From Iphione sp. A-MEVVRFRX5 (taxonomy: Eukaryota), in NCBI GenBank assembly GCA_976226885.1, contig OZ320313.1, positions 7,688,001 through 7,752,000 of the forward strand: a stretch of 64,000 nt of DNA, in the 5' to 3' direction. Positions 24,571 to 38,990 of the stretch are shown one piece after another; position 1 is the first letter of the stretch, and each line of letters begins with the position of its first letter. The notes below the pieces were generated by a model. It searched no databases, was not told the DNA's origin, and saw nothing but the letters and a program-made list of their open reading frames with translations. Position numbers and translations under genes: made by a program.

Positions 24571-24787
24571 NNNNNNNNNNNNNNNNNNNNNNNNNNNNNN
24601 NNNNNNNNNNNNNNNNNNNNNNNNNNNNNNNNNNNNNNNNNNNNNNNNNNNNNNNNNNNNNNNNNNNNNNNNNNNNNNNNNNNNNNNNNNNNNNNNNNNN
24701 NNNNNNNNNNNNNNNNNNNNNNNNNNNNNNNNNNNNNNNNNNNNNNNNNNNNNNNNNNNNNNNNNNNNNNNNNNNNNNNNNNNNNNN
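24571..24787. other. Assembly gap (N run)
   Basis: 217 N bases. Confidence 1.
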
Positions 24788-25650
24788 CAGACTGACTGCC
24801 CCCCCTAAATATACCCCCACTGAGGGGACTTTACTCTCCCCGAGTCTAAAGAAGAAACAACTCATTTAATTAACTAAGGAAAGAGGCAGCCATCCAGTGT
24901 GGCCCCTAGGTTTAACCAGACTAAACGGGTAGAAGGAGGAGCTGTACCACCCCCCCCGCTCTACTATGTCTATATTATATATATACAGTATATCATAGTA
25001 CTCTGCAACTTCCTAATAATGATAGCAATCACACAAAATCATGTTTGGACGAGTGATGTTGATAAACCCCCTTTATTATGTTCATAAACGCAAATGAACA
25101 AGAATATAAAAAATTCACAGCAAGCAAAGACTCTTGACATATGACCTAATCACCACAATTTATACAGAATGGCTGACCAGAAACGTCAGCTATCGCAGGG
25201 AGGGCCACTACATTTGGGTATGCCAGGGTACTTCCATAGAGAGACACACAGAGACAGACAAAGAGATAGACAGAGACAGACAGACAGCAAGACCAACCCT
25301 CAGGACCAGTAATTCTTGTCCTTTATTGCGAGTTGTCCTGCTACCTGAATTGCTTACATTACACCAGGACCTGCCAACTTGCTCTTAAATCAGAATTGCC
25401 CTCCTAGTTGGTGATATTCATTTGCGGCAAGAATAGATGACTAGCGTTGCCTTTTTTTTAAAAAAAAACTTCATCTTTCAAGAGAATTTACCTGTAATTA
25501 GTCATGAGTGGTTCGGTGTATGGGTCTCCCTGTAGGACAGAAGGTTATCATAAAACCTCAGAGAGCTACATGATGCTGACTTCCACAGCAGCTAAGATTA
25601 CTGAACAAGGTAAAGTGGAAGCTCTAGTAAATGACTACCGTATACATATG

Positions 25651-26101
25651 CCAGACATATTCTTACAGTTGCAGAGAGGCTATGTCTACTAGGGAGAACT
25701 ATGGGGCTATTTCCATGTGTACAAGTTGTACACATGCGGTTTATACAATCTCACTATATTCTACCAGACATATTCTCACAGTTGCAGAGAGGCTATGTCT
25801 ACTAGGGAGAACTATGGGGCTATTTCCATGTGTACAAGTTGTACACATGCGGTTTATACAATCTCACTATATTCTACCAGACATATTCTCACAGTTGCAG
25901 AGAGGCTATGTCTACTAGGGAGAACTATGGGGCTATTTCCATGTGTATAAGTTGTACACATGCGGTTTATACAATCTCACTATATTCTACCAGACATATT
26001 CTCACAGTTGCAGAGAGGCTATGTCTACTAGGGAGAACTATGGGGCTATTTCCATGTGTATAAGTTGTACACATGCGGGTTATACAATCTCACTATATTC
26101 T
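25651..26101. repeat. 113-bp minisatellite, 4 near-identical copies, each with a 23-bp palindrome
   Basis: Units start at 25651, 25764, 25877, 25990; CATGTGTACAA-G-TTGTACACATG at 25714-25736, with one substitution in copies 3 and 4. Confidence 0.95.
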
Positions 26102-29100
26102 GTCAGGCTTTACCCATGAACACACGTGGTACAGCCCCCCGCGTGCATGGGTCCGTACAGATCGCTAACGTATACGGTCAATCCAGAACTGCATGTGGAT
26201 TTCTCAAGATCCACAGACATGGAAAGACCCCTTATATGTGTACAGTCTATATTTTATATTGTATATTCTGTATCCTATATTGCATAGGAAGTGGGCATCG
26301 TGCAGAGATGATAATTAACAACGTCTTCACCGTGTATAAACCCCCGTCTCATCACCGTTAAGTTAAACCGAGCCTGCTGCTGAAATATTGACATATTTAT
26401 ATAATTGTTCTCCCCTGCCAGCATCTAGTACTGGAAACTTTTCTAAATGTACGCAGTTTAACTAATATATGAGTGAGTGCACATACCACGTTCCCCGCGA
26501 GTTGTGCAACGTAGTAGTCATTAAATCATTACTACGAACGAGATGAGTTATTTGTTCGTGGGAAAAGGTCAGGTCATGCATGTTATCATGGGCTTGATAG
26601 TCACTTCCAAGAACCTCTGCACCAACAAGCCCTCCCCCCCCCCTTTCCCTCTCACCCCCCCCCCCTCACCCACCCCTCCAATGCACGACCGTCTCTGTCC
26701 AGCCAGCCGCCCCGCCTAAGGATGTTACATACGAGGTGGCGAATGTATATGTGAAGGGTTTGTTGATAAACGCGGAGGGGAGGAGGTCTGTTCTGACCCC
26801 CTGGGTCCCTCAACGGGGCCAGACACAACAAGCTGGTACCAGTCGTCTGGACTGCTGTGTGCGCAACTTCTACCCTCCTGGTAACCAGCGAAACCAACTT
26901 GACCGCCGCGAGAGGTCGCCACCGTAGGGGTCACCTGCCGGAAACGAGGCTGTAACGAGAGCGGCAAAACGCCGTCACCATTACCGTCGGAGTGGATGGG
27001 GGGCAAACGCTGTGCATCGTTTAGTCGTGGTTTTTTTTAAGGATCATCCCTGTATAGTCCGTCTCTTCTAAGAATTATCTTCTTACAGTCTTGTCATGAA
27101 GTCTTCGTGGCTATTCTAACCGGTATGGCTTAGCGTTGGCGAAGTCCCAATTAAGCCATAAAACTAACGACTTTGCCAGTGAGAAAATGCACGTGTTCTC
27201 CTGATCGAAGGCTGACGTGAAAATATGCTCTTTAGGAGCTTGGCAATAATCAAGATGTAGTCACTCAAAATAAAAGATGGGTTTTGGGTAAGACCCGGTT
27301 TCCTTTACCTGTGTTGGTGTCCATGAGGTTGTATGAGACTTCCGCATCCGTTACCAGGCATTTTTGTTTCTCCCACAGCGTAGTGCACCCTCACGCATAG
27401 GGGCGTACATTGAGGTGCATTGAGGACAGTGCATTTGTGTGCATGAGTGATGGGGAAAAGTAGGAGAATATGTGAAGATGATGTGACAAATGTGAATCTA
27501 CCTTGAAATAAACACTAAAAATGGCAAATTTTATGGGAAAAAGTGCTAAACATGGTGAATTTGTGTGGATATGTGCAGCAATGTGCATAATTGAGCATAG
27601 TTGATGGGGAAAAGGGGGAAAATATATTCTTTTACATTCATCTGTTATGTGCATGAAATCATCGGGCAGTGGTCAATGATAATGAACAATGGATACCCAA
27701 TGCACCCTTATGCACAGAAGATACCCACCATTAAAATGGCCATGCTCTTAAAAATGCAAGGTTATGCAGACAGATGCCAAACACAGACATGGAAACCAGG
27801 CCCAACTTGAGACGAATGGCATGCTCCACAGCCCTTGAAACATTGCAATTCTTTAATGTCAATCGTAGATAAGATCCATGGTACTTCACTGAAAGGTACA
27901 CACTCTATGAACTCTTCGATCTCTCCAAATTGCCATGAATTCTTAGTCTTTCACGTAAAACGTCACAGTCTGTTAACAGTTCAAACTTTCCTCCCCATGT
28001 CCATGAATTCCTTCTCTTTCATTGGACCCTTAGTTGTTCATTAAACGCTTTGCAGTTTATCAACAGTTGAAATCCCCTCCTAGTGCCTTTAATTTCCCGG
28101 TCTGTCAGTCAACACTTCAAAGTCTGCTCACAGTGTAAAGACTCCTTCTTATATCCATAGATTCATAATCATTTCCAGTCTGTTAACCATAAGTTGTTCT
28201 GTTCCAATGATCACTACGTCCTACAAACAGCCCGAAAAAGGTCTGGACTGAAGACTTGAGCTTTCCTACTCGCCTACTCAAGGAAGAAAGACGGGCAAGA
28301 AGTACATTGATGTGCAATTATATAAGTTGCAGCCATAGTCAGTTTGGAAGGTGATACTCTCTCAAAAATAAACAAAAATGTGTGCGCTATACCCGACAGA
28401 GGCGCCACCAAGTGGCTCATGACAGGACCACTTACATTTTTTCTCCTCCTCTATTTTCCCATACAGGTCTGAAGTTCGGTTTTTAGCCTTTGATATGAAT
28501 TATTGAATGAATAAGATAACTTTGGGGGGGGCTCAGTTTAAAAAATCGACATGCTTTGCGGGGCGAACATGTTTATTCGAGATTCGATAGGTAATGTGTG
28601 ATTGAAATACTTCCATGGAAAGATATACCCTTATTAAATTAAACGATAAAATGTCAGCCCCCGCTTGCCCCACCCCTCCCCCACTGCCAGCTCCCCTTTA
28701 AGGAAGCTGTTAATTGAAAAACACTACTGGAGCCTTTAAATTTTGTTTGGCTCACGGTCGCGTCCTGACGTGAAAAATGAAGCCCCTAATGGCTTCCATC
28801 TGGCGCCTGTTTCATGATTTGCCCGTTCTTCCCATTAATGTTTATTGCTATTTCCGACAGCCCCCAAGGTGCATTCGTGTCAGACGGTAAAGATCAAGTT
28901 GTTTGGATGTGACACTTGGGATGGATACCCGCGACAACTGAGAGCGCCTTTTGCTCACAACATCCATCAACATAGTTCCAGCGAGCTGCTCTCAAGCTGC
29001 TCGGGCGCGGACGGGGCCGTATTAACCCTGCTTGTACAGAGGAAGTGCAAAAACCAACACAAATGCAATTTTCCTCATAAAATCGCCCGGTACTCTTACA

Positions 29101-29934
29101 GGAGGAGGTCTGGGTCAACAAAGGAGCTACCAAAGAAACAAAAAAATCACAGTTTTTTTGTGAAGTAAATTTAATTCGATCAAGAAGAAGTCCGTTTTGG
29201 GCAGCTGGCTTGAAGATTACGATGGCCCTGAGTGAACTTAAGGAGATGGAAAATGACAATCGGTTGTCGTCGAGCACAAAGTCATGGCGCGCTTTTTTAT
29301 CAGGTAATTTTCCCCCCTGACGATTAAATGAAGGTGCCATGTTACCTTTTGTCCTTGACATTTGGCACAAGGTCAGCGGATTTCCGATGGCGTTTTTTCT
29401 GTCGCACGTAGGTACCCTTCGCTGAGTTTTTTTTTCACTGGATTCTGCACTCTGCCATCCAGTGCATGTCAGAGGTTTCTGCATAAACAAAATGCGACTC
29501 TATTTTCCGTCATGTCGACGGGCGAACTGGGCGGTAATAGAGGAAGTAGTCCAGACATACGTCTGGCTCATTACCTGGTGACTATGTAAGCAAGAGAAGA
29601 AAAATGGAGGGCGTTTGAAAGCTGAAAGTAAAGGGAACGTATTGCAGCACTCCTAACACCGCTAACTTGTAAAGAGAGCATTTACTAGTTGTGGCTACAT
29701 CCCTGGGAACTGCTGCTAGGTGTATGGGGACCAGTTCGATCTCGAACCAGCGAGATTTGCACAAAACCCGAACCCGGCGATCTAACAATGTGAGGTGAAA
29801 GGAGAAGCGCTTCAAGAAGCTCTGCTGGGGCACCGACAAATGACCCTAAATTATGACAACGTTCATATGAGGTCCCCTAACTGCTGGACCTGTTATTCCA
29901 GATCCGTAATTAGACGTCTGATTGTGTGTGTGTA

Positions 29935-30190
29935 TTTGAGTGTGCCTGCAGGCATCCATGCTCCATGTGTGTGTGTGTGTGAGTATTTATGCGAGTGTGC
30001 CTCTGGGCATCCATGTTCCATGTGTGTGTATGTATATGTGTATGTGAATGTGGCTGCAGGCATCCATGCTCCATGTGTGTTTATGTATGTGTGTATGTGG
30101 GTGTGCCTTTGGGCATCCATGCTCCATTGTGTGTGTATGCAGGTGTGCCTGTGGGCATCTGTGCTCCATGTGTGTGTGTATGCGTGTGTA
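29935..30190. repeat. GT-rich minisatellite with a ggcatccatgctccatgtgtgt core (about 5 copies)
   Basis: Repeated core separated by (GT/GTAT)n spacers. Confidence 0.8.
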
Positions 30191-30419
30191 TTAGGGGTGA
30201 GGGGCTTCACCTTCAGTTCAAGTGGAACCCCCACGTCCAGTTAAAGTCCTGTGTTCAGACACCGGCGTAACTTTCGAATCAATTTCAAACTTTGGACTTA
30301 GGTCAGTATTCGGTCAAGTGGAGTTCCGGTCTCCTCCGTGAAGACTTGGTTGCCCTTGAAATGCCGACCTTGGCTTTGTCTTCGGTCTTGCTGGGCGCTT
30401 CCGGTGTCCCATCTTCATG

Positions 30420-30660
30420 TGGTACAAGCGCCTTCAGCGCCTGCACTGGTCGGTGAGAGTGTGTGTGGGGGGGGAATGTCAGAGACTGGAGGGGGGGGGA
30501 CAAAGTACAGACTCATCTGGCCTTTTACAACCCTCAGTTCTGCTTGGCTACACAGAGAGGGGTAGGAATACTCCACTGTGTGTAGAAAGTAGGGCCACCT
30601 ATGTCAGCCTCCATGGCCGGACTACTTTCGGGCAACGTTTTATATGTGTAGTGTAATAAC
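30420..30660 (+). repeat. Dispersed repeat, second copy at ~48545-48990
   Basis: Shared blocks acaagcgcctt..gc.cct.cactggtcg, tttacaaccctcagttctgcttg and ccatggcc.gactactttc.ggcaa.gttt.atatgtgtagtgtaat. Confidence 0.75.
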
Positions 30661-30670
30661 GTCACCTTAA

Positions 30671-31097
30671 GGACAGACCAGAAATCAGGACAGACCAGGA
30701 ATCAGGCAGGCCAAGAATCAGGACATAACAGGAAACAGGACAGACCAGGAAACAGAGCAGACCAGGAACCAGCACAGACCAGGAACCAGCACAGACCAGG
30801 AACTAGCACAGACCAGGAATCAGGACAGACCAGGAAACAGAACAGACCAGGAAACAGAACAGACCAGGAAACAGAGCAGATCAGGAACCAGGACAGATCA
30901 GGAATCAGGACAGCCCAGGAAACAGAACAGACCAAGAATCAGGACACACCGGGAATTGGGCAGACCAGGAATCAGGATAGACCAGGAATCAGGACAGACC
31001 AGGAATCAGAACAGACCAAGAATCAGGACACACCGGGAATTGGGCAGACCAGGAATCAGGACAGACCAGGAATCAGGACAGACCAGGAATCAGGACA
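30671..31097. repeat. 20-bp minisatellite (aggacagaccaggaatc-type) with an 84-bp higher-order repeat
   Basis: About 21 units; the variant block ggacacaccgggaattggg recurs 84 bp apart. Confidence 0.9.
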
Positions 31098-33050
31098 TGT
31101 CTGTATAGAAGGGAACCTTTTTTTCTCCTTTTGAAAACAGACCAGAAATACGAACGACTCAGCACAGACCTTTATTTCTGACATTCCTCGGTAAAGCAGA
31201 TGCCGGGCTCCAATAATAAAATTAAAATAGCAGGACTTCTTACAGTCGAAGGTACAGTGTGTTTTCAACGTGCTTCTCTGATTCACTAGAATAACTGTGC
31301 GACGTTTTCTAGTTCCATCCAACACAGCCATCTCCGCGACTAAATCGACTCTCTGGGATAGTAGAGCCTATATATAAATATATAATAGCACATAATGGTA
31401 TTTCACATTGACAAATCCAGATCGGTCTTTGACATAGTAACTTCCATTAATTCGATAGGATTCGGGTATAAAAAAAAAACATACACCCGGCGCTGCTGAA
31501 CAGGGACCGGAAGACAGACATTGCCAGGACAGCTGGCACTGCCCCCTAGCGACAGCCCCAGTGGGGAGGCTCGGGGAGGCTTGCTGGAGCCCGGGGCAAG
31601 CGGGCGGACCCTGACAGGCATAACTTATGACGCCAACTGGCTTGTTGCACTTGGGGACAACTTAATAGGTTGAATTATAAGCATCGTTCTTGTCGAGCAA
31701 AAATATTTAGTCCAGGTTACGAACTAGTTACTAAATATAGAGTCCCAGTGGCGTAAACTTAGGTCTTGAAGACCGTGTTTTGTGCAGCTACAGAGTTTCT
31801 GCGGCATGTTTGTGAATGGTTTAGGTTCTATTTGTTTATTAATCATTGTTCTCTCGAACTTGTATCTGTTCGTTTTGAATTTTGCTTATGGAACACGCCA
31901 AATAGGGGATTACTTCTGAAAAGTGGGGAAAAATGTTTGAGTGAGATGCTATTATTGTATGCAGTTGGGCTTGAATCCATTGGTGCAAATTACATTTAAT
32001 TCATACAAAAGACCAATTAACGGATCGCCAGACACCCTTACTCCACTTGAATTTTACTATTTGTGATGTCATAATAGAAAACCCACCAATCAGGTAGCAG
32101 TAGTTCCAAGCATGGACAGAATTTCTGATGAATAACGTTTATAAACCACAAGATGAGATTGGAGTTCTGATAGCTTTTTCAGTTAAGCTCTCAAATGCTG
32201 CATCACGTAGTAAGAATATCCAAATGATGCTACGGTTGTTTACATTTACAGTGGAAAAAAATGTCATAGGTCATGCATTGTGATTTCATTTGGCAATCAG
32301 TTAATTCTTTTGCTCTCTCTCTCCAAATATTGATATTGATATATCCCGAACGAAGTGCCACCTTATGAACGCTTTCAAAAAAAACATTGAATTTCTGAGC
32401 ATCAACAAACAGAATAGCCACGATCCTCCCCCGCCGGCCCTTTTAAACACACAACTGTTACTCTGGGGGGGGGGGGGGGGGAAGTACCAGCTCAGGCCTG
32501 ATCAACTCGGCTCGGCACCAGAGCACATACATGCTCCGCCACAATATACATGTATGTATATATATATATTCTTGTGTGGAGCAGTAAATTACTCCAGTAA
32601 ATTACTCCTCACCAAGTTACTCAGCATGATGAGCTTGTATGTTAACTCCTCATGATAGCTCCACACATTATGGTTGTATGTATAAAAGCAAGTGTGTGTG
32701 GAGTCTTACTCAGATGCGTTCTTACCCTTTGGGAATAAACATCTAAATTGATATTTGGAGTCTGCCTCAAAAATGTTAATCTCTGGCCATAACAATATAT
32801 ATATATTGATGCAATGGGAGGTTTGTATTAAAAAAAGTTCACAGGATTGTAGTGGAGGGATGGTGGTGGGAGGTATTCGTGGAGGGGTGGGAGGGTTTCA
32901 TTTTTGTCCATATAAGGGGATTTCATGGAGGGAGTTCATTAGTTGCCACTTGTATCTCAGTCAGGAATAAATTTCAGTGTTATTTTATTCGACCTGGTCT
33001 GGAGTTCTTCATCATAGCAAAGCCTGTATGTAAAGAATGTAAAGTACATA

Positions 33051-33212
33051 CAGTCAACTTCTGCTTAGGAGACCACCTCTGGGACTGAAGGAATATGGTC
33101 TCCCCTGTGATCTGGTCTCCCATGAGGTCTCTTTTTGTATGGGAAATCTACTGTTTGGGACAATGATATAGTGGTCTACCCTGTGATCTGCTGTTTAGGT
33201 GAGAGTCAACTG
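33051..33212. mobile_element. Degenerate Tc1/mariner-type MITE
   Basis: TA|CAGT...ACTG|TA termini; the rest of the TIR is weak. Confidence 0.5.
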
Positions 33213-34815
33213 TACAATCTGTTACAGTCTCACCTGTCTATATGAAAGAGTCGTTGCCTTGTAAGAGGTAGTCTGGGGTTTGCTGGGGTAGGCTCCATAT
33301 TGAACTGCCTGTTTTGTGACTTTGTGACACAGTGAGTAGAGGACCAGCTCTGTGGGGGAAAGAGCACTACTTAGGGGAATGCTTGCTGGGTTAGCAACGA
33401 ATGACCCAATAAGGGAAAGGACAGATTCTATTGAGAGAACAGTGAGGGGGAAACTTACTGGGTTTGTATGAGTTATATTGGTAATTAGGCTGACTTCGTG
33501 GTGACTCCCACGCTATAGTCACAGACTTGGGTTTCAGGTCTAACAACCTGAAAGTCCTGTTGAGATCTAGTCTCAAGCTGGATAGTTTTTTCCCACATTC
33601 ACAGATCTACCATAGAGATCTTGTCTTAACACTAGTCACAGATTTAACTTTCAACATGCTACTCCAGCCAAATACTCACAGATTTGTTTATAGGTCTGAC
33701 ACTCTCCCTAGTCCTGATGATATCCTCCATCAGGTCTGGTAGTTTCTCTGTTACCCACCCCTTTACTAGTTAGGCCAAAAAGAAATAGGTGTGTTTCTGG
33801 TAATGACTAGCCAAAAACCTAGGTAGGGAGGGGGTATCTTTTCTTTTAGATTTTTTCCCAGTTTCTTCCTCTAGTTTTCAATAATAATAAAGACAATATC
33901 AAGAATGTGACCAATCTGTATGAGTTTTACATTTTTTTTGGTGAATTTCCATGGATTTTGTTGTTTTCCTACTGAATTTACCAAAAACATGTGTTGTGAA
34001 AAGACATATCTAAGGAAAGTCAGCCTTGGAACCTCTTTGGGGCCAAAAAATGTTTACCGAACTAGTTTCAATTCTGACAGCATGCAGAGACCTGATGATA
34101 TCCACCTTAAAGTCTGTTAGTTTCTCCCATATTCACAGATCTAGATTACAGTCCCCACTACTAGTTACAGATTTACCCCATCACTAGTTACAGATTCTTC
34201 TTTTAATTATGCTGGTGCCACCCAATACTCACAGATTTGGTCACAAGCTTTAAAAAGTATTAATCCTGAGTAATCACAGACTCTACCTAGTACATGTATA
34301 ATATACGAAATATTATGAATCATTGGGTAATCTGAGCATGTAGTATCTATTAGTGTATAAAGTACGGTACTGGTCTCATGAAAAATCCATGGAAAACATG
34401 TGCCTCACTGAACCAACTGAGTGGCCAACTTTAAGGACACGGAACAAGCATGGCCATTGTGCTCAAGGTAAAATGTCACAAAATACAAAAGAAACAATTT
34501 AAAATGTATCAATATACAAAAAGAAACGATGGCAAAACTCATCAATTTACATTCAGCTCAAAGTAAAGGGATTATCTCACAAGCTCTCTTTATGTCAGTC
34601 TGCTTGTCAGTGTCTGAGATTTTAAATCGGTCCAAACTGTATTGATAAATGTATAGAAATGATTCACGTGCAGTACCCATTATCCTAACAATAGGTCGTG
34701 CCGTTGTCATAAACATCACCGACTATATACTTCAAACGTAATTGTTCTTTCTTAGAAGACAGATTGATGTAATGTAGACACACATGTGGCCACTTACATC
34801 TGATTTATGTCTTGT

Positions 34816-34851
<36 letters not shown>

Positions 34852-35329
34852 CTAGACGCGCCCTCCAAGTTTATCGTTGGTTTGTAAGGAGTGGCCCATC
34901 TGTCATAATCCTTCTAGGTTTTAACGCTGGCGTGTCAACCGATGACTGAAGTTCGGGAAGTGGGAAAATTCTTCTTTGTGAACAAAAGACAAATATATAT
35001 ATACAGAAAGATGCGCCGGGGGGGAGAGACATTTTAGAGGTGGGGGGAGGGAAATCACTTTATGAATGATTGCAAAGTGAGGAGTTGACTTTGAATACCA
35101 ACCAGTGGAAATGCTCAACAGAAGCACTTGTATTGTACCAACTCTGTACCCTGTAAGCAACTCAACCAGGAGAGCAACTCAGATCTCAGGATAATTTCTG
35201 CCCTTCCCAATCCTATTACATGTAGTTGGCCCGAACAAACTGACATGACAATCATATTGAATTTCAGATGTTGATTCAGTGAAATTAGGAAGGCAAATGA
35301 CAATGAGGCTCTGCCCAGCTCAAATTTGT

Positions 35330-35512
35330 ACAAAACCAGTGTGCTTCGTGCGATTTTCGATTTTTCATGCTTTGACACTAGATGGCTCTAGTGTTGCCAA
35401 ACATTACGTCCCAGAATGCAAAGTTAAAATGGCAGTTCCCCCACCTCCCAGAATTCAGTGGAACTGAACCGGAACTTCCGGAATAATGCCTTTCTATATA
35501 TGTAGGTAACAA
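35330..35512 (+). repeat. Dispersed repeat, inverted copy at ~49374-49552
   Basis: accagtgtgctt..cgatttt..atttttcatgctttgacactagatgg...cccagaattcagtggaac..aaccggaacttccggaa...gtaggtaac matches the reverse complement of 49374-49552. Confidence 0.85.
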
Positions 35513-36021
35513 AGTAACTCCAGGTGGAGCCCAACAATGAACATTCATACCAAACTCCACATTGGGCGAATTCCACCCAACCTATATAATAATTATGAAA
35601 TACAACCCTCTATTGAGGACAGTACTCCATTAGGGACACATGTTGTCATTCCTTCCAGTGGTTGCATTTGAGGATTTTCAATATGATTATACTGTTTCCC
35701 CCTCGCTAATAAGACTGCTGTCAGTTTTGACCTCAAATGGTCGCAATACAGAGTGGTCTTTCTAGAGAGGGGTATTTATGTAAACTTATGTACTTCCGTT
35801 CCTTGCAATTGGTCATATTGAGGAGGTGGTCTCTTTAGAGAGGTGGTGCGAGAATGAGGGGATACTGTAGGTCTTATTTCAGGGGGTGGTTAGGAGGACT
35901 TTAATATAGTGAGAAAATACCGTTTTCTTTTCGGTTGGTGGTGATGGGTGTCTCCTCTTGCTGGGCATTATGAAGACTTTAGTATTATTTTATGAAGACG
36001 TTTCCAGTCTTTGGAAATCTA

Positions 36022-36092
36022 GCACTAGCCTGGGATTGAACCCTGGACCTTAAGCATGAGAAGCCAACACCATACCATCTGAACTAAAGTGG
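36022..36092 (-). mobile_element. tRNA-derived SINE head or tRNA pseudogene fragment
   Basis: Minus strand has an A-box-like TAGTTCAGATGG and a B-box GGTTCAATCCC at tRNA-like spacing; the cloverleaf is imperfect. Confidence 0.55.
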
Positions 36093-36990
36093 AAACCTCC
36101 TAGCCAAGAACTCGAGGTTGACCTTCTAGCCGTATCAACTTAACAGAATCACAGAATTATGTTTTTTTAGTGTAAAGATTAAAGAGATATATAGAATTCT
36201 GTGTCATTCCATGTAACCATAGCACTGCTGAGCTACACCACAATTACCACCAATGGACTCACTCATGTATACTATTTGCCAGTACATGTATATAATAAGA
36301 TTACGTATCCCTTATCCTTTCCTGAAGCGATAGCCTTCTAGAGTTTTATATTACCTGCACCAGCAGTGGATCCACAGATACCTCATATTTGTTGCTAAAT
36401 GGCAAACACAGTAGGATGCCTCCTGAGGGACATGCCTTGGATCCAGATGCTTCTCTAATCAGGACAGTTTCACTCAGAACCGAAGTAATTCCTCTTTGTA
36501 CATGTTTAAGGGAGAGTCTCTTCTCCAGTACGTTCAATATGGAGACGTGCCTCGCAAAGGGACACCACTCAGAGGTGGCTCCCACAGTCCGAGGATGTCC
36601 AAATATGAAGTCTCAGAGGTGTGGTAGAGAAGCGTGACGTCTTCAAATGGGCCTCCCCGGGAGCGGGAAGACTTCCGCGAAGCTTCCTCACACCTCAGAG
36701 TATGAGGAAAGAAAGTCATCAGAAGCGCGATGACTTCAATCAGCTCGGCTTCCCATACAATATAGCTTATGAAACAGGGCCTTAGGCAAAATTCCACTGG
36801 CTGGCTTCTAGAGAGTGGCCTTAGGCCCTATTTTATTCGATGACTAATAAAGAGTGTCCTTAGGCCCCATTCTACTGGATAACTTGTGGAGAATGGCCTG
36901 AGGCCACAATGTCTCAGATGAGGATGCACCTCTAATCAGGACAGTTTGGCTCAGGATGGAGGGTGTCCCAATTAGAGAGGCCCCACCGTA

Positions 36991-37290
36991 CAAACACTGT
37001 CTTCTTTACTATTCTCTAAAACTGTAGGTCCTCAAAGCCATATTCCAGTGGTTGCCAGTGGAATGCCAGATGTTTCATCTTTGTTGTTAGTGATGAATAC
37101 AAACACTGTATTCTTTACTATTCTCTGAAACTGTAGGTCCCCAAAGCCACATTCTAGTGGCTACCAGCGGAATGTCAGATGTTTCATCATAAAATGAATG
37201 CATACACAATGTTTTCTATTATTCTCTAAAACTGTAGGTCCCCAAAGCCATATTCCAGCCATTACCAGTGGAATGCCAGATGTTTCTCCT
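36991..37290. repeat. ~105-bp tandem repeat, 3 copies
   Basis: attctct.aaactgtaggtcc.caaagcca.att at 37011, 37120 and 37221. Confidence 0.85.
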
Positions 37291-38990
37291 TTGATGGCAG
37301 TTCTTTGCGAGGACAGAAAAGCTGGGAACTATTGGGAGGGGCGTTAAAAGGTGTCTGTATCGTTTCCTTGTTAGGTGGGCCAGTCTTTTGGGTGTGACAG
37401 CCTGGGAGGGAGGAGGGGGTGGGCTGAGAGCTGTTGTGAGTTGATATACAGCGCCCTCAACGGACGTCGGCGACACCACGCCCTGGGTGTGAGGATCCAC
37501 ACGATTAGTAACGGTGTGAGCCAATGGGTGGCGCCCCGTGGCCACGACCCATGCGGCGGGGCACGACACTAAATAACACACCCACATTTAACAGTTCTAC
37601 ACACAACCTTACCATGTAGGAATATAATCTATACGTCTGCTCGTATATACCTACGACATGTTCTGTTACCGTATCCCCTTATATTAACACTCACGCACAC
37701 ACACACACACGCACACACATATACATGTACATTCCCACCAAGCAGAACGCCCGCTGCAGTCTACACCAGAACTAGAATATCACCAGGGAAACTGAACCCA
37801 ATATCTCATACGTCCTTAGATATCATGGCGATCCGACCGATCAAGCCACATAATACAGTGAATGAAGTGTGCCCAGGGTTAGGTTTCTAAATGGAAAATC
37901 ATTATGGCGTATTTTAAGACTAATCCATTTTAGCAATACAGGCAATTATTGCATTTCAACTGAAAAAATACAGATTCTTTAGTACCGGTTTATAAGGGTA
38001 GACAGAAATGTGACGGAACTTGCATCGTCTGTACGCTACGGGCCGTGTAACGTAGCCGTAACGCCAGGCCGTAACGTTACCGCAAGGTGCTGGTGGGTCG
38101 AGGCGTTGACAGTTGAGTCATGTGAGTTTACGGTTTGTAGGTGTGGCGTGGACGTGTGACCCGCCGTCCCTGGGTGTCCGCATGCCTCACTATGCACGTG
38201 GCCACCTGTTTCCAGCAGTGTAACGCCCACCCACCCATCCATCCATCCCACCCTCCCCCCTCAGTCATTTGTTCCCCACAGCCGGCGCTCCCAACACCAC
38301 GCCTCATGCCGACCACACGGGGGCGCCACTGTTGTGGGCGCGGCACCTAGCGGCCGTGGTCGGAGTTTGCATGTACAATCTTCACTGGCGGGAGATTCCG
38401 ACGATGACAAACAGCTTCTGTCCCCCCGCTTTCCTCACCGCCGCCTCACCCCCCACCTCCGGCCCCCCACAACCCATACCTTCCTTCCTCCTTCCTTATT
38501 ACCTCCATCTTCGCCCCTGCGTGGACCCCCCCCCCCCTGGTCTGTAAACCACATCATTTTCTCTCCGACATATCTGCCTGACTCCGCCCCTGACCGCACC
38601 CAATGTCCAACCTAGACATCACCCCCCCCCCCCTCCGCCCTTCCAGAATCCCCCCCACCACCACCACCCTTTACCTACCCCTAGTCTTTCCTGAGATATC
38701 CTCCCTCCCTCCCTCCTCTTACACCCACTGTCACTGTTTGAGCAGCTCAGCGTTCAGTTATACGAGCAGCTCGTCAACATGATCCAAGTATGCGATGAGC
38801 TGATGCTATTTGATAAACAGTCCCCAGTCTGAGTGGTCGTACAATCACCACACTCTCGGACCCCCTACCCCCTTACCAGTAGCCGCACCCCGCCCTTCCA
38901 CGCCCCGTCTGTTCTATTTATAGCTCTCCCTGCCCTATCCATACCCACCAAGTTACACATTCCTGTGAACACTGACAGGAGAACCGCCCT

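Noticed and set aside
28248-28290. Hammerhead-like CUGAAGA-CUUGAG...CUCAAG-GAA
   Set aside because: GAA is followed by G rather than A, stem II opens with C-G, and no stem I or stem III partner or cleavage triplet was found.
28894-29490. 198-aa minus-strand ORF
   Set aside because: No recognisable motif, no splice partners, and overlapping ORFs of similar quality on the other strand.
25651-31097. Regular arrays (113-bp and 20-bp) as possible CRISPR arrays
   Set aside because: No unique spacers, no cas genes and a eukaryotic context; they are ordinary minisatellites.
18820-35386. CTCF-like 12-mers at 18820, 28404, 31540 and 35375
   Set aside because: Each has one mismatch to a degenerate consensus; a rough estimate gives several such hits by chance in 64 kb on both strands.
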